From IMG/VR virus record IMGVR_UViG_3300050821_024078: 64,000 bases of DNA; one strand, written 5' to 3'. Shown piece by piece: positions 28,347 to 39,223 of this stretch. The first letter of the stretch is position 1; every line of letters begins with the position of its first letter. Made by a program: the position numbers and the translations under genes. Origin of the DNA: an uncultured virus (IMG/VR IMGVR_UViG_3300050821_024078). Taxonomy: Duplodnaviria > Heunggongvirae > Uroviricota > Caudoviricetes. The notes beneath the pieces were generated by a model. It saw nothing but the letters and a program-made list of their open reading frames with translations. It ran no database searches and was not told the origin of the DNA.

Positions 28347-29888
28347 ATGAACTACCTTCTTACACAGGAGCAATTTGCTTTTCTCAACAGAAATAAAGAT
28401 ATCATTTTAACATCCGAAAAATACGATTCCATTTTTTTATTAAATGGTAAAATTTACTCAAAGAAAATAGCCAGCGAAGTAATCACTGAATCCGTTGCTG
28501 GTGTTCTTGGAAATATTGGTGATTGGACAAGTATGGGTATAGAATCCATTGCTGATATGGTTGATGGTTGGGATGTAAAGGACTGGCTACACTTAGGTGT
28601 CGATGTTTTAGCTGTTGTTTTGGGTGTTATTTTTCCTGGTGTTGGTGACAAAGCTGTTGAAGTTGCTCATTTGATTTGGTGGGGTTTTGAATATTATGAT
28701 GCTGATCAAGCAAATAATGATTCTGACAAAACTGAAGCAGCATTAAATATGGCTGCAATATCTATGCTAGGACTTGTCTTTCCTGTAGCTGGTGCAGCAG
28801 CAATGACTGTTCTTAAAGCACCTTTTAAAATAATGGGGAAAGTAGTTGGTGCACTCAGTAAATTTGGTGGAAATGGTATAGCAAGTAAAGAAGTATCATA
28901 TGCTGTAAAACAAACCGTAGGTAAAGATTCTGTAACACATTTTATGACAAAAGCTCAACTAGATGCTTTTGCTAAAGCTGAACCAGAATTATACAAACAA
29001 GGAATGAAGGAAAGTGGTACAATAGTTAATTTTTTCAAAAAACTTGGTAAGAAAATAGACTCTAATACTGTTAATAGTGTAGAAATTAAAACACTAAGTA
29101 TGCTTGATAAATGGAGAAAAGCTTTAGGTAATAGTACATTTGCTAAACCTTTTAAATTTATAATAACTATTCTAGATTATTTGATAAGTTCTCTAAAAAA
29201 TATATTTAACTCGTTCAAACTTATGCTAATTGTTCTTGGTAGAACACCAGCTGTTGATGTTCTAGATCAAGAATATCTTGGTAATTCTATAGAAGATACA
29301 ACACATGCCGGTGTAGAAAGTCTTTTAGGAACAGAAAATAGTAGAAGTTCTTTAATACTTCCTATAAAATATACAGACAATGTAAATTTTATAGATGGTG
29401 TTTACTTAATTACAATAAGATTAAATTCATACAAAGATCTTGAAGAACTTACCAAAGGTAAATCAAATAAAGAAGCTCCTGGTGAAGATACTAGATATTA
29501 CTATGTTGTAGGTAGTATGTCAGATACAATACCGATATACACATTATATGCTTATGATGGAAAAACTAAAAATCTTTATGCTGGGTTCCTTGATAATTCT
29601 AATAATACACATTGGATGACAGCAAAAGAACTTGGTGAATTTACTGGCAAAGAATATTCTTTTGAGTTTGTTACAGTGGATTCAATGCCCGAAGATGATA
29701 AAATGCAATATGATCATGTTAGAAGTATGGTTGGTTCTATTGACCGTGATAACATTAAGAAATTCACAAATTTCAGAAAAGCTTTAAAAGATCTTGGTGT
29801 AGAACATCCTAAACTAACCGGAGATTATTATAAGATGCCCGAAATAGATGCATACAGAAAATCTATTCCAAGAAAAAATAATAAATAG
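28347..29888 (+). CDS. Probable virion/ejected protein with hydrophobic pre-toxin-like helices
   Basis: HLGVDVLAVVLGVIFPGVGD...AALNMAAISMLGLVFPVAG segment; ATATATA upstream. Confidence 0.6.
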   Translation: MNYLLTQEQFAFLNRNKDIILTSEKYDSIFLLNGKIYSKKIASEVITESVAGVLGNIGDWTSMGIESIADMVDGWDVKDWLHLGVDVLAVVLGVIFPGVGDKAVEVAHLIWWGFEYYDADQANNDSDKTEAALNMAAISMLGLVFPVAGAAAMTVLKAPFKIMGKVVGALSKFGGNGIASKEVSYAVKQTVGKDSVTHFMTKAQLDAFAKAEPELYKQGMKESGTIVNFFKKLGKKIDSNTVNSVEIKTLSMLDKWRKALGNSTFAKPFKFIITILDYLISSLKNIFNSFKLMLIVLGRTPAVDVLDQEYLGNSIEDTTHAGVESLLGTENSRSSLILPIKYTDNVNFIDGVYLITIRLNSYKDLEELTKGKSNKEAPGEDTRYYYVVGSMSDTIPIYTLYAYDGKTKNLYAGFLDNSNNTHWMTAKELGEFTGKEYSFEFVTVDSMPEDDKMQYDHVRSMVGSIDRDNIKKFTNFRKALKDLGVEHPKLTGDYYKMPEIDAYRKSIPRKNNK

Positions 29889-29893
29889 TACCC

Positions 29894-31549
29894 ATGGCAG
29901 ATAGATTAATGAGTCAAACATTTATTAATGATTTACAGAATGTTTCTGATACAAAATATCATACCTTTAAAGTTAATGCAACACAACAATCTAATGATAA
30001 TTCATTATTTTATGAAGCTCCAGCTGGATCAAATTATAGATATATAATAGATTATGCCAAATATGCTCAGGCTAGTGGTGGTTTAGCTCCAACAAATCCA
30101 TATGATGTATCAAACGAAAAGAATAACATTAAGCCTCTTAGTCTTAATCCTAAAAAGGCAACAAATCCATTTAATACTGGTAATAATAGAATAGATGTTG
30201 ACGAACTTGTAAAATGGAGTGAAAAATTAACTAACGGCAAATTAAGGTATCAGGATTTTGCATTCTGTAAACATCTTGGATATTATCCAAATAATAGAAC
30301 CATTATATTAAGAAGGTTTCCTACACCAATTAAAGATAATCTTTTTGATGGTAGGTATGAAATGAAACCTGTATCAACCATGATTAATTGGCTTCCACCA
30401 GAAAAAATGAATGAATTGCTTAAATTTAAATTCCATGAAAACTGGACTACTAGCAATAAAGATTTTATGGATATGTTAAAAGATATTTTTTCTAAAACTG
30501 GTAATTCTATAATTGGAAAATTAAGTGATCAATACGTTGGTGATGATTTTAAAAATTTAGGTGATAAAGGTCTTGGCGTATTAGAAGATTTAGTTAGTTA
30601 TGCATTTCTTGATAAGTTAGCTGAAACAGCAACAGGAAAACCACCATCATCATCTTTGTTACAAAGATTTCCTGAAGGTAACCCAAATCTTTTAAAAGAA
30701 GCTTCCATGAGATTAATTAGTGGTAAATCAAGTTCTTCAAATTTATCAGGCCTCTTTTCATTCAATCTTGAATTTGAATTTGAATGTAACCGCTATCTTG
30801 CTGACATAGATCCATCAATAGCTTTTTTAGATTTACTTGCAAATGCTATGAGAATGTCTACATCAGATTCTGAATTTAAAATGCCACAAGAAATTGGTGA
30901 TAGCTTTACTCAAGCTCTTATACAAGGTAATATAAGTAGTGTTGTTAAATCAGTACTTGGTGGGTTTCAATCCGTATTGGGTAATGGTAGTGCTGCGGAT
31001 CAAAGTAAACCATCTGTATTATCAAATTTTTATGATAGTTTAAAAGTTGAAAACATTGGTAAAACAGCTCAAGCAACAGGTAATACTGTTTTTAAGGCTC
31101 TTGTTTCTAAATATATCGAAGAAATAAAAGCTGCTTATGCTGTAATGACAGGAGCACCAAGTGGTTTATGGCATTTAACTGTAGGTAATCCAAAATCACC
31201 AATAATATCAATTGGTGATTTAATTGTTGAATCAAGCACAGTAACTTTTGGAACTGAATTAGGATTTAATGATTTACCTACCAGTTTTAAATATGAAATC
31301 CGTGTAAGATCAGCAAGAAATAGGGGCCGTCAAGAAATAGAACAAATTTTTAATAGTGGTATGGGTAGAATTTATAAAAGAGCTAGTTATGATGTTAATG
31401 GTAACTTCTCTGTTGACTCAGTAGATGATTCATACAGTATCAGAAATATTGTAAATAGTGTAGTTCCAGATAAAAGTCCTAGTAATACTACTCAGAGTAA
31501 TAAAAATAAAGCTATAGATGCTGCTGGTAAGACTAGTAGTCTGCAATAA
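29894..31549 (+). CDS. Baseplate/tail-tube junction-like protein (gp48/gp54-like)
   Basis: PNNRTIILRRF, WHLTVGNPKSPI.SIGDLI...FG.ELGFNDLP; position upstream of gp53-like gene. Confidence 0.55.
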   Translation: MADRLMSQTFINDLQNVSDTKYHTFKVNATQQSNDNSLFYEAPAGSNYRYIIDYAKYAQASGGLAPTNPYDVSNEKNNIKPLSLNPKKATNPFNTGNNRIDVDELVKWSEKLTNGKLRYQDFAFCKHLGYYPNNRTIILRRFPTPIKDNLFDGRYEMKPVSTMINWLPPEKMNELLKFKFHENWTTSNKDFMDMLKDIFSKTGNSIIGKLSDQYVGDDFKNLGDKGLGVLEDLVSYAFLDKLAETATGKPPSSSLLQRFPEGNPNLLKEASMRLISGKSSSSNLSGLFSFNLEFEFECNRYLADIDPSIAFLDLLANAMRMSTSDSEFKMPQEIGDSFTQALIQGNISSVVKSVLGGFQSVLGNGSAADQSKPSVLSNFYDSLKVENIGKTAQATGNTVFKALVSKYIEEIKAAYAVMTGAPSGLWHLTVGNPKSPIISIGDLIVESSTVTFGTELGFNDLPTSFKYEIRVRSARNRGRQEIEQIFNSGMGRIYKRASYDVNGNFSVDSVDDSYSIRNIVNSVVPDKSPSNTTQSNKNKAIDAAGKTSSLQ

Positions 31550-31566
31550 AATAATAAAATTATAAA

Positions 31567-32178
31567 ATGGCTGCACAGGATATCAGAGAATTTACATTTT
31601 TACAAATTGGTGATAACGGACTTTATGATTTGTTCCTTACCACTAATACTGGTATTGATATTCCTTTACAAGTTTTTGTTTGTGATAGGCAACATGCTAT
31701 GAAAATGTATAAAGTGAGTTATGATTTATATGGCACTACAGCATATACTGGATTTCTGTGTCTTATAAATGATATTTTAAATCCATTTAGTATAAATATT
31801 GGTGATGTTCTTGTTTGGGCAGAACAATCTTTTGCTGATCAATTAGTGGACGTTCCACCAGCTGATTTAGCTGCTGCCAGACAAGTTGCTATAAATAATT
31901 TATTTAATATCAATAAAACACCTCAACCAGATCCTAATAGATCAACATTCCTTGGTCGTACACCAGATCCGTTGCCACCTAATGTTCTTCCTAATGCTGC
32001 ACCACAGATAGTTGTAGATAATAATAAGCTTAAGTTGACACCTAATCTGTTTAATAATCCTAATAGTAATATATCACAGGCACCTCCTACACCACCAAGT
32101 ACTTTAGCAGATGTTGTTCCACAACCGGTGGATGATATTCAAAAAGTTCTTGTGGCTAGATATGTTAAGAATCTATAG
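31567..32178 (+). CDS. Baseplate wedge LysM-like protein (T4 gp53-like)
   Basis: KVSYDLYGTTAY..FLCLINDILNPFSINIGDVL. Confidence 0.72.
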   Translation: MAAQDIREFTFLQIGDNGLYDLFLTTNTGIDIPLQVFVCDRQHAMKMYKVSYDLYGTTAYTGFLCLINDILNPFSINIGDVLVWAEQSFADQLVDVPPADLAAARQVAINNLFNINKTPQPDPNRSTFLGRTPDPLPPNVLPNAAPQIVVDNNKLKLTPNLFNNPNSNISQAPPTPPSTLADVVPQPVDDIQKVLVARYVKNL

Positions 32179-32228
32179 GCGTTATACAATTGAAGATATA
32201 TAAACATAGAAATTTTATATAAATATCT

Positions 32229-33560
32229 ATGATTCAAACAAAAAGGGATAATACAGGAGCCATTGTCAAAAATATTGAATTTGATATAGCAACTAATTCT
32301 GATTATGCTAGAGAACAAGCGAACTCTATAGGTTTTAAACCCATCTTTTCATATAATGGTACACCAATACAACCACATCAAATAAGTTATTGTTCTGTAA
32401 CAAGTAAAGCATTTGCACCAGAAATCGAATTATATTTTTTCGATGAAACAAAAATGATGCATAACGAAACATTTCCTCTAGATAATATGATCTTATCAAT
32501 GTTAATCAGGTCCGGTGATGATAAATTAAGACCTCTAAGAATTGATTTCAAAATAATGCAATTTTCTTATAACGATAATACGGATCAGTTTTATATTAGG
32601 GGTCTTATAAATATAGATTCATTATTTATTCAACCATTTAAAAGTTATTCTGGTATGAGTTCTTATCAAGTCATGGATGCTTGGACACAAGCTGCTAATA
32701 TAGGTTTTGCAAGCAATATACCTAGTACAACTGATACAATGACCTGGATAAATCCTGGAATACCAAATATACTTTTTCTACAGGATACCATAACAAAAGC
32801 TTATAAAGATGACAGTTCCTTTCTATGGGGTTATATAGATTTTTATTATATGCTTAATTATATAGATGTTGAAAATCAATTAAGAAATGATGATGATAAT
32901 CCGGGAATTGTTACTTTGGATAGAACAGGAAGTACTACCGAAACAAATAAAACAGGTGTAACAAATTTACTTCTTACAAATGAAAAAGCTTTAGCAAAAA
33001 TAGGATATGATTTTACATTTTCCAATTATAGAGTATTTAATGACTCAACTCAAATATCAATCAACCAAGGCTATAAACAACAGATTATTTATTATGATAG
33101 ATCTGGTAATTGGAGTAACAAAGCTGGTATGTTTTTAGATCATGATTTGAATAGTCTAATAAAACCAAATTCTGCAAAGAATAGTATTATACTAAAAGAT
33201 ATTCCTGGATCCGTTAGTGGTTTTTTTAAGAATAATGTGAAACCCATATTTGCTGGAGTATTAGATATTGATAATACACATTTAAACTACATTTATGCAA
33301 AACATCAAAACAGATATAATTTAGAAGAAATTCAAAAAGTGTATCTTGAAATAGATATGAATCAACCTAATTTTAATATTTATAAATTTGAAAATATTGA
33401 TATAGGTATTCTTGATCCTGATACTGGTGTAAAAGATGATGTTGTTAATCGTAGACTCACTGGAAGATGGCTTGTAACAAGTATAGACTTTTATTATCAT
33501 GGCAAACAGGATAGATTTATCCAAACAATTACTTTAATAAAAAGAGAACTTGGTGCATAA
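32229..33560 (+). CDS. Baseplate hub protein (gp27/GpD-like)
   Basis: Lies between gp53-like and gp5-like genes; C-terminal LTGRWLVTSIDF...TITLIKRE. Confidence 0.65.
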   Translation: MIQTKRDNTGAIVKNIEFDIATNSDYAREQANSIGFKPIFSYNGTPIQPHQISYCSVTSKAFAPEIELYFFDETKMMHNETFPLDNMILSMLIRSGDDKLRPLRIDFKIMQFSYNDNTDQFYIRGLINIDSLFIQPFKSYSGMSSYQVMDAWTQAANIGFASNIPSTTDTMTWINPGIPNILFLQDTITKAYKDDSSFLWGYIDFYYMLNYIDVENQLRNDDDNPGIVTLDRTGSTTETNKTGVTNLLLTNEKALAKIGYDFTFSNYRVFNDSTQISINQGYKQQIIYYDRSGNWSNKAGMFLDHDLNSLIKPNSAKNSIILKDIPGSVSGFFKNNVKPIFAGVLDIDNTHLNYIYAKHQNRYNLEEIQKVYLEIDMNQPNFNIYKFENIDIGILDPDTGVKDDVVNRRLTGRWLVTSIDFYYHGKQDRFIQTITLIKRELGA

Positions 33561-33597
33561 GATATGATAAATACAATATAAAAATAATTTTAATATA

Positions 33598-36500
33598 ATG
33601 CCTTTACAAAATGTCATTAGTACAGTAACTGGTGCGGTAAATACTTTATTTAGTAAAACTAATTCAGGTGGTGGTGGTGATGCTAATAACACATCAGTAA
33701 ATTTAAATCAATTCTTAGATGGTAAAAGTTATCCGTCAAACAGGCAAGGTAAAAGTGGTTTAAAACAATTACTAAAGGGTGATCCATTTAGTTTTGTTGT
33801 AAATCTTTATAATAGTAAACAAATTCTACCATTTTATTATTATCAAGAACCAAAACTTAGTTATGATGAACAAAGATTTACTAATACACCAGAAGTTCAT
33901 AAGTTAGTTGGTAGTATTGATAAAATACTTAAAGTTTTTACTACTCAAGATAATAGACAACAATTAATAAATAATATACAGGATCCTTTGATTCTAGGAT
34001 TTGATATGTCTTTCGGTCAAAATATGCCTTTATTAGGATATGATCCTGTACAAGCTAAAAGTAAGGTAATTCCTGCGGATCTAGTAAAAGCAACATCTGC
34101 TGCTAATTCAGCTTTGTACACATCTCTAAATCCAGTAGGTCCAGCAATACCCCCTCCGCCACCACCAGTTGTAGTTCCGTTTAAAACTACTAGCTCTACT
34201 GACCCTAATGATCCTTTGATGAATTTTATTAAAAAATATGGTTTCATTTATCCAGAGATAGCTTTAACAGAACAATATTTAAATGATTTTAGAAGTAATA
34301 TAGAACAGTTATTTAAACCATCAACACCAACAGCTAATCCAGATACTGATTTAACAGGTTCTAAATTTCATTATATTAATGATATATCAAATTTAAAAGT
34401 TCTCGATGATATGTTTTTGAGTCCTACATTATTTGAAAATAATATACTTCAAGGTAAATCTTATATTGAATTAAAACTTAATGAAGATGCTACAATGTTT
34501 ACAAACAATTTAGCTTTTCTTTATAGAAATTTATGTTATAATTATTCATTGGGTAAAAGACTTATACCAGAGAATCTTTTGAGATTTGATATGCAAATAA
34601 AATTTGCTGAGATGCGTAATTATACTTCTTCTGTAGCATCTTTTATAAAGAATAATAACAATGATAATGGACAACCACCAGCAGATTTATTTGTTGATAA
34701 TTTACGTAGTAAAACTACATGTATGATTTATGAACTAAAAGATTGTTTCTTTATTTTTGATGATACAATTCTTCCTAGTAATATTCAACAAGCTGGTTTT
34801 GGTTCTATAAGTAGAAATATGGCTGGTCTTAGTCTAAAAATTGGTTTCAGACAGGTTGAAAGAAGTATATTTCCATTCTTAAGATATTATGATAGTTTAT
34901 ATAATAACCCTTCTTTAGATTCTAGTAATGTGTCTGAAGGTAGCAGTGATAGTGTAGAAATGAGAGGTGCTATATGGGATGCTAATATAGGTTACAATGC
35001 TTCTGGTGTTCAGGTAACACAAACACATTTTAGTCAAAAGAAATTTGCTGATCTAAAAGGTGTAATTATGGAGAAAAAAATAGTTCCTTATATCAGTGAG
35101 AGTAATTTCGAAGTTTTAAAGGATAATGTGATAAGATCAAAACAAAAAGTTACAGCACCTAACCCAATTAATGATTTTATCAATAATAAACTTAGTGGTG
35201 TAACTGTTGCTGGTATAAATTTAGGGAATGAAGCTAAAGTTCTTTCTTCACAAGTTAAAAATGCTGGTAAAGATATCGCAAGAGAAGGTATAAAGAAAAT
35301 AAAGGGTGCTGTAGACGGTGTTAGAAATAGTCTGGTAACCTCACTTGATAATAAAATAAGTGCTATAACAGGCTTCGGTTTACCAAGACCAGCAAACGTT
35401 TATGGTTACCGTTATAGCAGAGATGCTGAGGGTGATATTCTATTAGATAGTAACGGTAATCAAGTAGCTGTTAAATTAACAGATAATTCTCTGCGTGGTG
35501 TAGTTGATAAAGTCGTAGATTCAATAGTAAATGGCATAAATCCAGGAGATAATCCAGGATTGCATCATCCAGGTATAGAAAATTATAATATTAATGAAGA
35601 CAGACCAACAACATTGAATTATAACTATAATAGTAACACAAACTCCACAATAACAACTAATCATAGTGTATTTCAGACAACTACTATTCAAGGACAAATA
35701 GTTCCAAGATTAAATCCAGATGATTATGCTAAATCTATAGGGGAAAATTCAGATAGAGAAATAACTCCTAATTATGTTAACGGTGTAATTGTTAGTGCAG
35801 CTAAACATAACTTATTTACTGATAGTTCATTTAATCCAAGAGTTGTACCTAATGAAGATTTGCAGATTACACCTAACTATAATAATGGAGTAATTGTAAG
35901 TGCAGCTAAACATAGCTTATTTACAGACAATAATTTCATAAAAAGAGTTGAGCCAAACGAAGATCTACAAAACACACCTAATTACAATAATGGAGTAATA
36001 GTAAGTGCAGCCAAACACAACTTATTCACAGATAATAATTTTGTTGAAAGAATTGAACCAAACGAAGATTTAGAGATAACACCTAATTATGTGAATGGTG
36101 TAATTGTAAGTGCTAATAAGCATAACTTGTTTACTGATAGTTCATTTAATCCAAGAGTTGAACCTAATGAAGACTTACAAATAACTCCTAATTATGTGAA
36201 TGGTGTAATTGTAAGTGCTAATAAGCATAACTTATTCACAGACAATAACTTTGTTGGAAGGGTAGAGCCGAATGAAGACTTACAAGTTACACCTAACTAT
36301 AATAATGGGGTAATAGTAAATGCTGCAAAGCATGACTTATTCACTGATAATAATTTCGTAAAAAGAGTTGAACCAAATGAAGATCTACAAAACACACCTA
36401 ATTACAATAATGGAGTAATTAAACCTATACAAAATTTATATACAGATTCTACTTTCAAACCAAGAGAAATACCAAATGAAAATGTAAATGTTAATGGTAA

Positions 36501-36750
36501 TTATAACAGTGTTTCAAAACCAGAAGATATAAATCTATATACAAAACAAACACCTATTACAAAACAAACATTAACAAATATTAACGATACAAAAACTCCT
36601 ATAATAAAAGGACAACCATTAGGAAGTATTAATACTACACCGGCTCCTCCAGTAAATACTAGTACTAACATAGAAGCAGACTTAGGTAGTATAAATATAG
36701 ATAAGTTTAAACAACAAAATATAGACATCAACAATAATATTTATGATTGA
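33598..36750 (+). CDS. Large structural protein with 35-aa tandem repeats
   Basis: 1050 aa in the baseplate module; LIPENLLRFDM; repeats near the C-terminus. Confidence 0.7.
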   Translation: MPLQNVISTVTGAVNTLFSKTNSGGGGDANNTSVNLNQFLDGKSYPSNRQGKSGLKQLLKGDPFSFVVNLYNSKQILPFYYYQEPKLSYDEQRFTNTPEVHKLVGSIDKILKVFTTQDNRQQLINNIQDPLILGFDMSFGQNMPLLGYDPVQAKSKVIPADLVKATSAANSALYTSLNPVGPAIPPPPPPVVVPFKTTSSTDPNDPLMNFIKKYGFIYPEIALTEQYLNDFRSNIEQLFKPSTPTANPDTDLTGSKFHYINDISNLKVLDDMFLSPTLFENNILQGKSYIELKLNEDATMFTNNLAFLYRNLCYNYSLGKRLIPENLLRFDMQIKFAEMRNYTSSVASFIKNNNNDNGQPPADLFVDNLRSKTTCMIYELKDCFFIFDDTILPSNIQQAGFGSISRNMAGLSLKIGFRQVERSIFPFLRYYDSLYNNPSLDSSNVSEGSSDSVEMRGAIWDANIGYNASGVQVTQTHFSQKKFADLKGVIMEKKIVPYISESNFEVLKDNVIRSKQKVTAPNPINDFINNKLSGVTVAGINLGNEAKVLSSQVKNAGKDIAREGIKKIKGAVDGVRNSLVTSLDNKISAITGFGLPRPANVYGYRYSRDAEGDILLDSNGNQVAVKLTDNSLRGVVDKVVDSIVNGINPGDNPGLHHPGIENYNINEDRPTTLNYNYNSNTNSTITTNHSVFQTTTIQGQIVPRLNPDDYAKSIGENSDREITPNYVNGVIVSAAKHNLFTDSSFNPRVVPNEDLQITPNYNNGVIVSAAKHSLFTDNNFIKRVEPNEDLQNTPNYNNGVIVSAAKHNLFTDNNFVERIEPNEDLEITPNYVNGVIVSANKHNLFTDSSFNPRVEPNEDLQITPNYVNGVIVSANKHNLFTDNNFVGRVEPNEDLQVTPNYNNGVIVNAAKHDLFTDNNFVKRVEPNEDLQNTPNYNNGVIKPIQNLYTDSTFKPREIPNENVNVNGNYNSVSKPEDINLYTKQTPITKQTLTNINDTKTPIIKGQPLGSINTTPAPPVNTSTNIEADLGSINIDKFKQQNIDINNNIYD
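35761..36483 (+). repeat. Coding tandem repeat, 105-nt unit, 6 full copies plus 1 degenerate copy
   Basis: Unit (I/N/V)TPNY(V/N)NGVIVSA(A/N)KHNLFTD(SS/NN)F..RVEPNEDLQ. Confidence 0.92.
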
Positions 36751-38158
36751 TAATAGTAGTATAACAGATCTTCGTAATAAAATTTTTACTGGTGTCGTTG
36801 AACAAGTTTCAGATCAATACAAAAGAGGTAAAATAAAAGTAAGGGTTAACCGTGTTTATGATACATTACCCATTGCTGATATACCATGGGCTGTATTTCA
36901 TGACCAACAAGCTTTAGGTAAATCACATCTTGTTCCAGAAATAGGGAAAGTTGTAAAAGTAGTATTTCCGGAAGGTGACTGGTATAGACCAGAATATTTT
37001 TGCTCTTTCCATTATAATATTAATCTACAGAAGAAGTTAGAATCTTTAACAGATTCTGACTATACTAAATTCAGTTCTCCTTATTTTGATGATCAACACC
37101 AATATTATTTACATCCTACAGACGGTATGATGTTCGATTATGTAAAAAGTCATTTGAATATAAAACCAAATGGTGATATTAGAATAGCACTAAGAGACAG
37201 TAGTTCATATTTGTATATCGGTAGTGATGATGGGGATCAACCAATATTAATGAGTGACCACTGGATGAAATGGTTTGATAAGTTAGTTAATAATCTTATG
37301 GGGTCCAATGGAGGGCCATATTTTGGTAATATGGGAGCTCCAGTATTAGCTAACCCGGCTCTATTAGATGTTCTTAATGAATACTATGCTATTAGACAAA
37401 CTTTCTTATCTACTAATCTATGGGCTGTTGATAATAATAATATAAAAGCTCAATCAAGAGCATTTGATAACACACAAAGAAACGATAATACATCTACAAA
37501 TGTTGTTTCTCAACCAATACCAACAACCTCTGGTTATCAACCAGTAGCAGCACCACCAGCTAAAGCAGCAAAACAACCTGGAGCACCAAATAATATAGCA
37601 AACTCAACACTCCCTGAACCATCAGAGATTTTACCATCACCAATTGCAGGACCTTATCAAAATGGTCAGCTACCATTAGCAAATCTTACACAATCAGTAT
37701 ACTTAAAGAATGCTAACAGTAATCTTACTAATAAAAATGGTGGTTTAGATACAGAATCTTATCTGATTGATGCAGCAGCTACGGCTTTTGATAACTGGAT
37801 GGCCTTATACAACCAAGAAAAAGATATAACCTGGCCAGATATTATATTTACCGATGGTTATAGAACTCTGGAACGCCAACAAGGTATGTATACAAATAAC
37901 CCTACAATAGCACCAAAACCAGGAACAAGCGATCATGGATGGGCTATAAGTGTAGATATGTATTGGGGAGCTGATCCAAGTATACCAGCGTCAATAGATG
38001 TTAATACTGCTTCAGCAACATCAACAAGTATTAATGATCAAGTTTATTACTGGTTAAAAACAAATGGTGCTACTTATGGTTTTGCTAACGATGTTGATGG
38101 TACACAAAATATAACATACTGGTGGAATTGGACATATACCACACCAGCTACTAGTTAA
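36743..38158 (+). CDS. Baseplate spike (gp5/VgrG OB-fold) fused to an M15 (VanY-like) peptidoglycan peptidase domain
   Basis: FTGVVE..D..KRGKIKVRV...DIPWA...VPEIG..VKVVF..GD; C-terminal DGYRTLERQ...PGTSDHGWAISVD...WLKTNGATYGF. Confidence 0.82.
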   Translation: MIDNSSITDLRNKIFTGVVEQVSDQYKRGKIKVRVNRVYDTLPIADIPWAVFHDQQALGKSHLVPEIGKVVKVVFPEGDWYRPEYFCSFHYNINLQKKLESLTDSDYTKFSSPYFDDQHQYYLHPTDGMMFDYVKSHLNIKPNGDIRIALRDSSSYLYIGSDDGDQPILMSDHWMKWFDKLVNNLMGSNGGPYFGNMGAPVLANPALLDVLNEYYAIRQTFLSTNLWAVDNNNIKAQSRAFDNTQRNDNTSTNVVSQPIPTTSGYQPVAAPPAKAAKQPGAPNNIANSTLPEPSEILPSPIAGPYQNGQLPLANLTQSVYLKNANSNLTNKNGGLDTESYLIDAAATAFDNWMALYNQEKDITWPDIIFTDGYRTLERQQGMYTNNPTIAPKPGTSDHGWAISVDMYWGADPSIPASIDVNTASATSTSINDQVYYWLKTNGATYGFANDVDGTQNITYWWNWTYTTPATS

Positions 38159-38268
38159 ATATATTGGATATATCCTATAAGTAAATGAAATTTTTTCTGA
38201 ATTATATACTTAATACAAGATGGATACTTGATATTTTTCTATATAATATAAAATAACATAATTAATTT

Positions 38269-38454
38269 ATGGAAAATAAAATTCACAAAGAGTTTATTAA
38301 TCCTCTTAAGGACAGAGAACCTACCAAAGAAGAAGTTAAAGAATTTAGAAAATGGATTAAGAATGAATACCAGTTTCGTTTAAATAATATAACATCATGG
38401 CCTACTGTAATAAGAAAAAGAATAATATCTCTGTTGGCAAAAATATATTATTAA
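38269..38454 (+). CDS. Small hypothetical protein
   Basis: 61-aa ORF filling the intergenic gap. Confidence 0.5.
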   Translation: MENKIHKEFINPLKDREPTKEEVKEFRKWIKNEYQFRLNNITSWPTVIRKRIISLLAKIYY

Positions 38455-38804
38455 TATTCTACTTCTTCTACTTTATCAACTAATATACCACTTCCCAAAA
38501 GCCATTGCAATTCTTTGTGAACAATTTCCGTAAGAGTCTTTCCTTCATACCCTTCAATTTCATTAAGTGTGTCAGGATCCACTTCGATTACGGCTTCAAC
38601 ACTATTACCTTTCAATGTTTTCTTGATAAGACCTATACCACTATTTTCAACATATTTCATTTCATTATCGAATGCATCGGATAAATTACTTATTCCGGAT
38701 TCAGAAATAAGTTCATCCCTCTCTATTTTAAAAGTAACCAAGAAGTTTTTACCATTAGGGAAGAAATGTCCTTCGAATGTTTGAAAGTTTTTTAAATGTT
38801 TCAT
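38451..38804 (-). CDS. Small protein with capsid-targeting-like N-terminus and internal duplication
   Basis: MKHLKNFQTFE; two similar halves (NEMKYVENSGI / KELQWLLGSGI). Confidence 0.7.
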   Translation of the reverse strand: MKHLKNFQTFEGHFFPNGKNFLVTFKIERDELISESGISNLSDAFDNEMKYVENSGIGLIKKTLKGNSVEAVIEVDPDTLNEIEGYEGKTLTEIVHKELQWLLGSGILVDKVEEVEY

Positions 38805-39223
38805 TATTCTTGCAATTTTGTTTTAATATCTTTAAGGAAACTTATAACCGATTTTTTTACACCAGCAATTAGATAATCATACAAACTAAATATTGATCTC
38901 TCTGATGGAACCTCATCAAAATATTTTAAATCATTTAACTTCTCATCAATTTCAACTCTGTATTCAAGATACATTTCATAAAAATCTGTATCTTCGGTAA
39001 GGCCAGTTAAATTAAGATCATCAACACCTTCATCCTCCAACTGTGTTAAGAATTTTATAAGATCACCTTTTTCACTTTTTACATCATTATCCTCGATAAT
39101 TATTTTTAATAAGTGTTTTTTAACACCATCAAAATTATCTGATATAGTTGATACTGTGGTATCATCAGTATTCTCCAACTGCTCTTTTATAAACTCACGA
39201 TATGTGAATAAATGTTTTTTCAT
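38804..39223 (-). CDS. Acidic protein with capsid-targeting-like N-terminus
   Basis: MKKHLFTYREFIKE. Confidence 0.75.
   Translation of the reverse strand: MKKHLFTYREFIKEQLENTDDTTVSTISDNFDGVKKHLLKIIIEDNDVKSEKGDLIKFLTQLEDEGVDDLNLTGLTEDTDFYEMYLEYRVEIDEKLNDLKYFDEVPSERSIFSLYDYLIAGVKKSVISFLKDIKTKLQE

Noticed and set aside
35761..36483. Regularly spaced repeats as a CRISPR array
   Set aside because: The 105-nt units are contiguous, in frame and vary at synonymous sites, with no unique spacers
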